Of a DNA stretch of 24,000 nucleotides, positions 23,122 through 24,000 are shown piece after piece (positions within the stretch are counted from its first letter, which is position 1; each line of letters begins with the position of its first letter). Below the pieces are notes generated by a model. It searched no databases and was not told the origin of the DNA. It worked only from the letters and a program-made list of their open reading frames with translations. Origin of the DNA: Mycoplasma zalophidermidis (GTDB lineage: Bacteria; Bacillota_I; Bacilli_A; Mycoplasmatales; Metamycoplasmataceae); the NCBI RefSeq assembly GCF_018913985.1, contig NZ_JAHMHK010000006.1:19494-43493 (forward strand), in the 5' to 3' direction. Both the position numbers and the translations under genes were made by a program.

Positions 23122-23280
23122 CGAAAAATACTGAATTTAAACGAAATATAGAAAAAATAAGTTTAATGTACTGACATAAAAATTTTGAAAAATTAACTCG
23201 ATTCTTAATTTTAAAAAAATTTCTAAGCAAATTTGAGATTTAAAATTAATAAAATTAAGTTTTTATCTTATAAGTTTCGA

Positions 23281-23310
23281 TAAAAAAAGCACCTAATTTT
23301 TGGGTGCTTT
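23281..23310 (-). terminator. Rho-independent terminator of the upstream minus-strand gene
   Basis: The stem aaagcacc (23286-23293) pairs with ggtgcttt (23303-23310). On the minus strand a T7 run follows. It lies 14 nt past the TAA at 23324. Confidence 0.65.
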
Positions 23311-23323
23311 AAATTACACAGTA

Positions 23324-24000
23324 TTATGAGGTTTTAAATCCTTCTAATTTAACAAGTGTTGTAAACGTACTTATTTCGCTGCCTTTAATTCCGATTAAAC
23401 ATTTAAAGAACAAGTGACCAGGTTTTTTTGAATTTGTTCTTAGATCATCATAATCTATTATTTCTCATTCATCAGGCAAACCTTGAACAATAATATTTTG
23501 CTTTAATAATTCTTTATTGTCTTTTATTTGTTCTGAAGTGTAATTTTGTATGTCTTTAAATGTAAACTCGACAGTTTTATTTTCGTATAAATTAGTAAAA
23601 TATAAGTAAAGTTTTGCTTTTTTTGCTTCTGTTTTAACGTTTGATTTATATTTATTAGGAGACATTATTTTAACTCTTACTATTCCGACTCTGTTTTCAT
23701 CATAAGCGGCTTTCATAGTATTATTAGCAGCAAAACCCTTTTCACAAATAACCATTTTGCCAGTTAAAATCCCATTTTCATTTCTAAAATCAGTAAAAGC
23801 AAATGCTGTAAATTGACTGTATTTATTATTCACTAAATATGGACTATTTTTAAAAAATACATTATTTGAAGTTAAATTATTATTTTCATCAAATTTATAT
23901 GTTTCTCATAAAACTTTGTTCGCAGAATCGCTTAATAAATTATCATATGTTTCTTGATCGTCAACATAAATTATGTCGTTTCCAGGTTTATTAAAATGTT
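23324..24000 (-). CDS. Hypothetical protein, 3' portion only (5' end lies beyond the window)
   Basis: Track piece 23465..23833 extends through TGA codons in both directions. The frame is open to the window edge and ends at TAA 23324 (...LVKLEGFKTS). I recognised no domain. Confidence 0.6.

Noticed and set aside
23166-23243. A 25-codon plus-strand ORF (MYWHKNFEKLTRFLILKKFLSKFEI) lies in the rpoB upstream intergenic region.
   Set aside because: It has no RBS, lies downstream of the orphan terminator, and its composition is typical of translated AT-rich spacer DNA.

Overview
This is an AT-rich chromosome segment from a mollicute (Mycoplasma/Mycoplasmopsis type) and must be read with genetic code 4 (UGA = Trp). 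The supplied standard-code ORF track cuts almost every conserved gene at in-frame TGA codons, and the pieces rejoin in a single frame. From left to right the window holds rpsR, then a minus-strand block: tsaC <- 789-aa DUF2779 protein <- 281-aa YqaJ/lambda-exo-like PD-(D/E)XK nuclease (these two genes overlap by 32 nt) <- 451-aa membrane-tethered orphan protein <- 145-aa two-TM protein <- ktrB. Next come divergent ktrA, a wall-less minimal dcw cluster (mraZ-rsmH-degenerate ftsA-like-ftsZ), and rsmE-fpg-smr. A small lipoprotein gene follows that is out of frame at a G9 tract. The window ends with rpoC <- rpoB on the minus strand, a 365-bp non-coding region, and the 3' part of an uncharacterised gene that runs off the window. 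I saw no rRNA, tRNA, CRISPR array, transposase or integrase. Most of the window is housekeeping. The parts worth a second look are: (1) the overlapping two-nuclease operon and the orphan membrane-tethered protein next to it (822-5520); (2) the G9 slippage tract in the lipoprotein signal peptide; (3) an orphan plus-strand promoter/terminator pair antisense to the rpoB leader; (4) an FtsA-like protein whose ATP-binding motifs appear lost. All functional calls rest on my reading of the translations and remembered family motifs. No database search was run.
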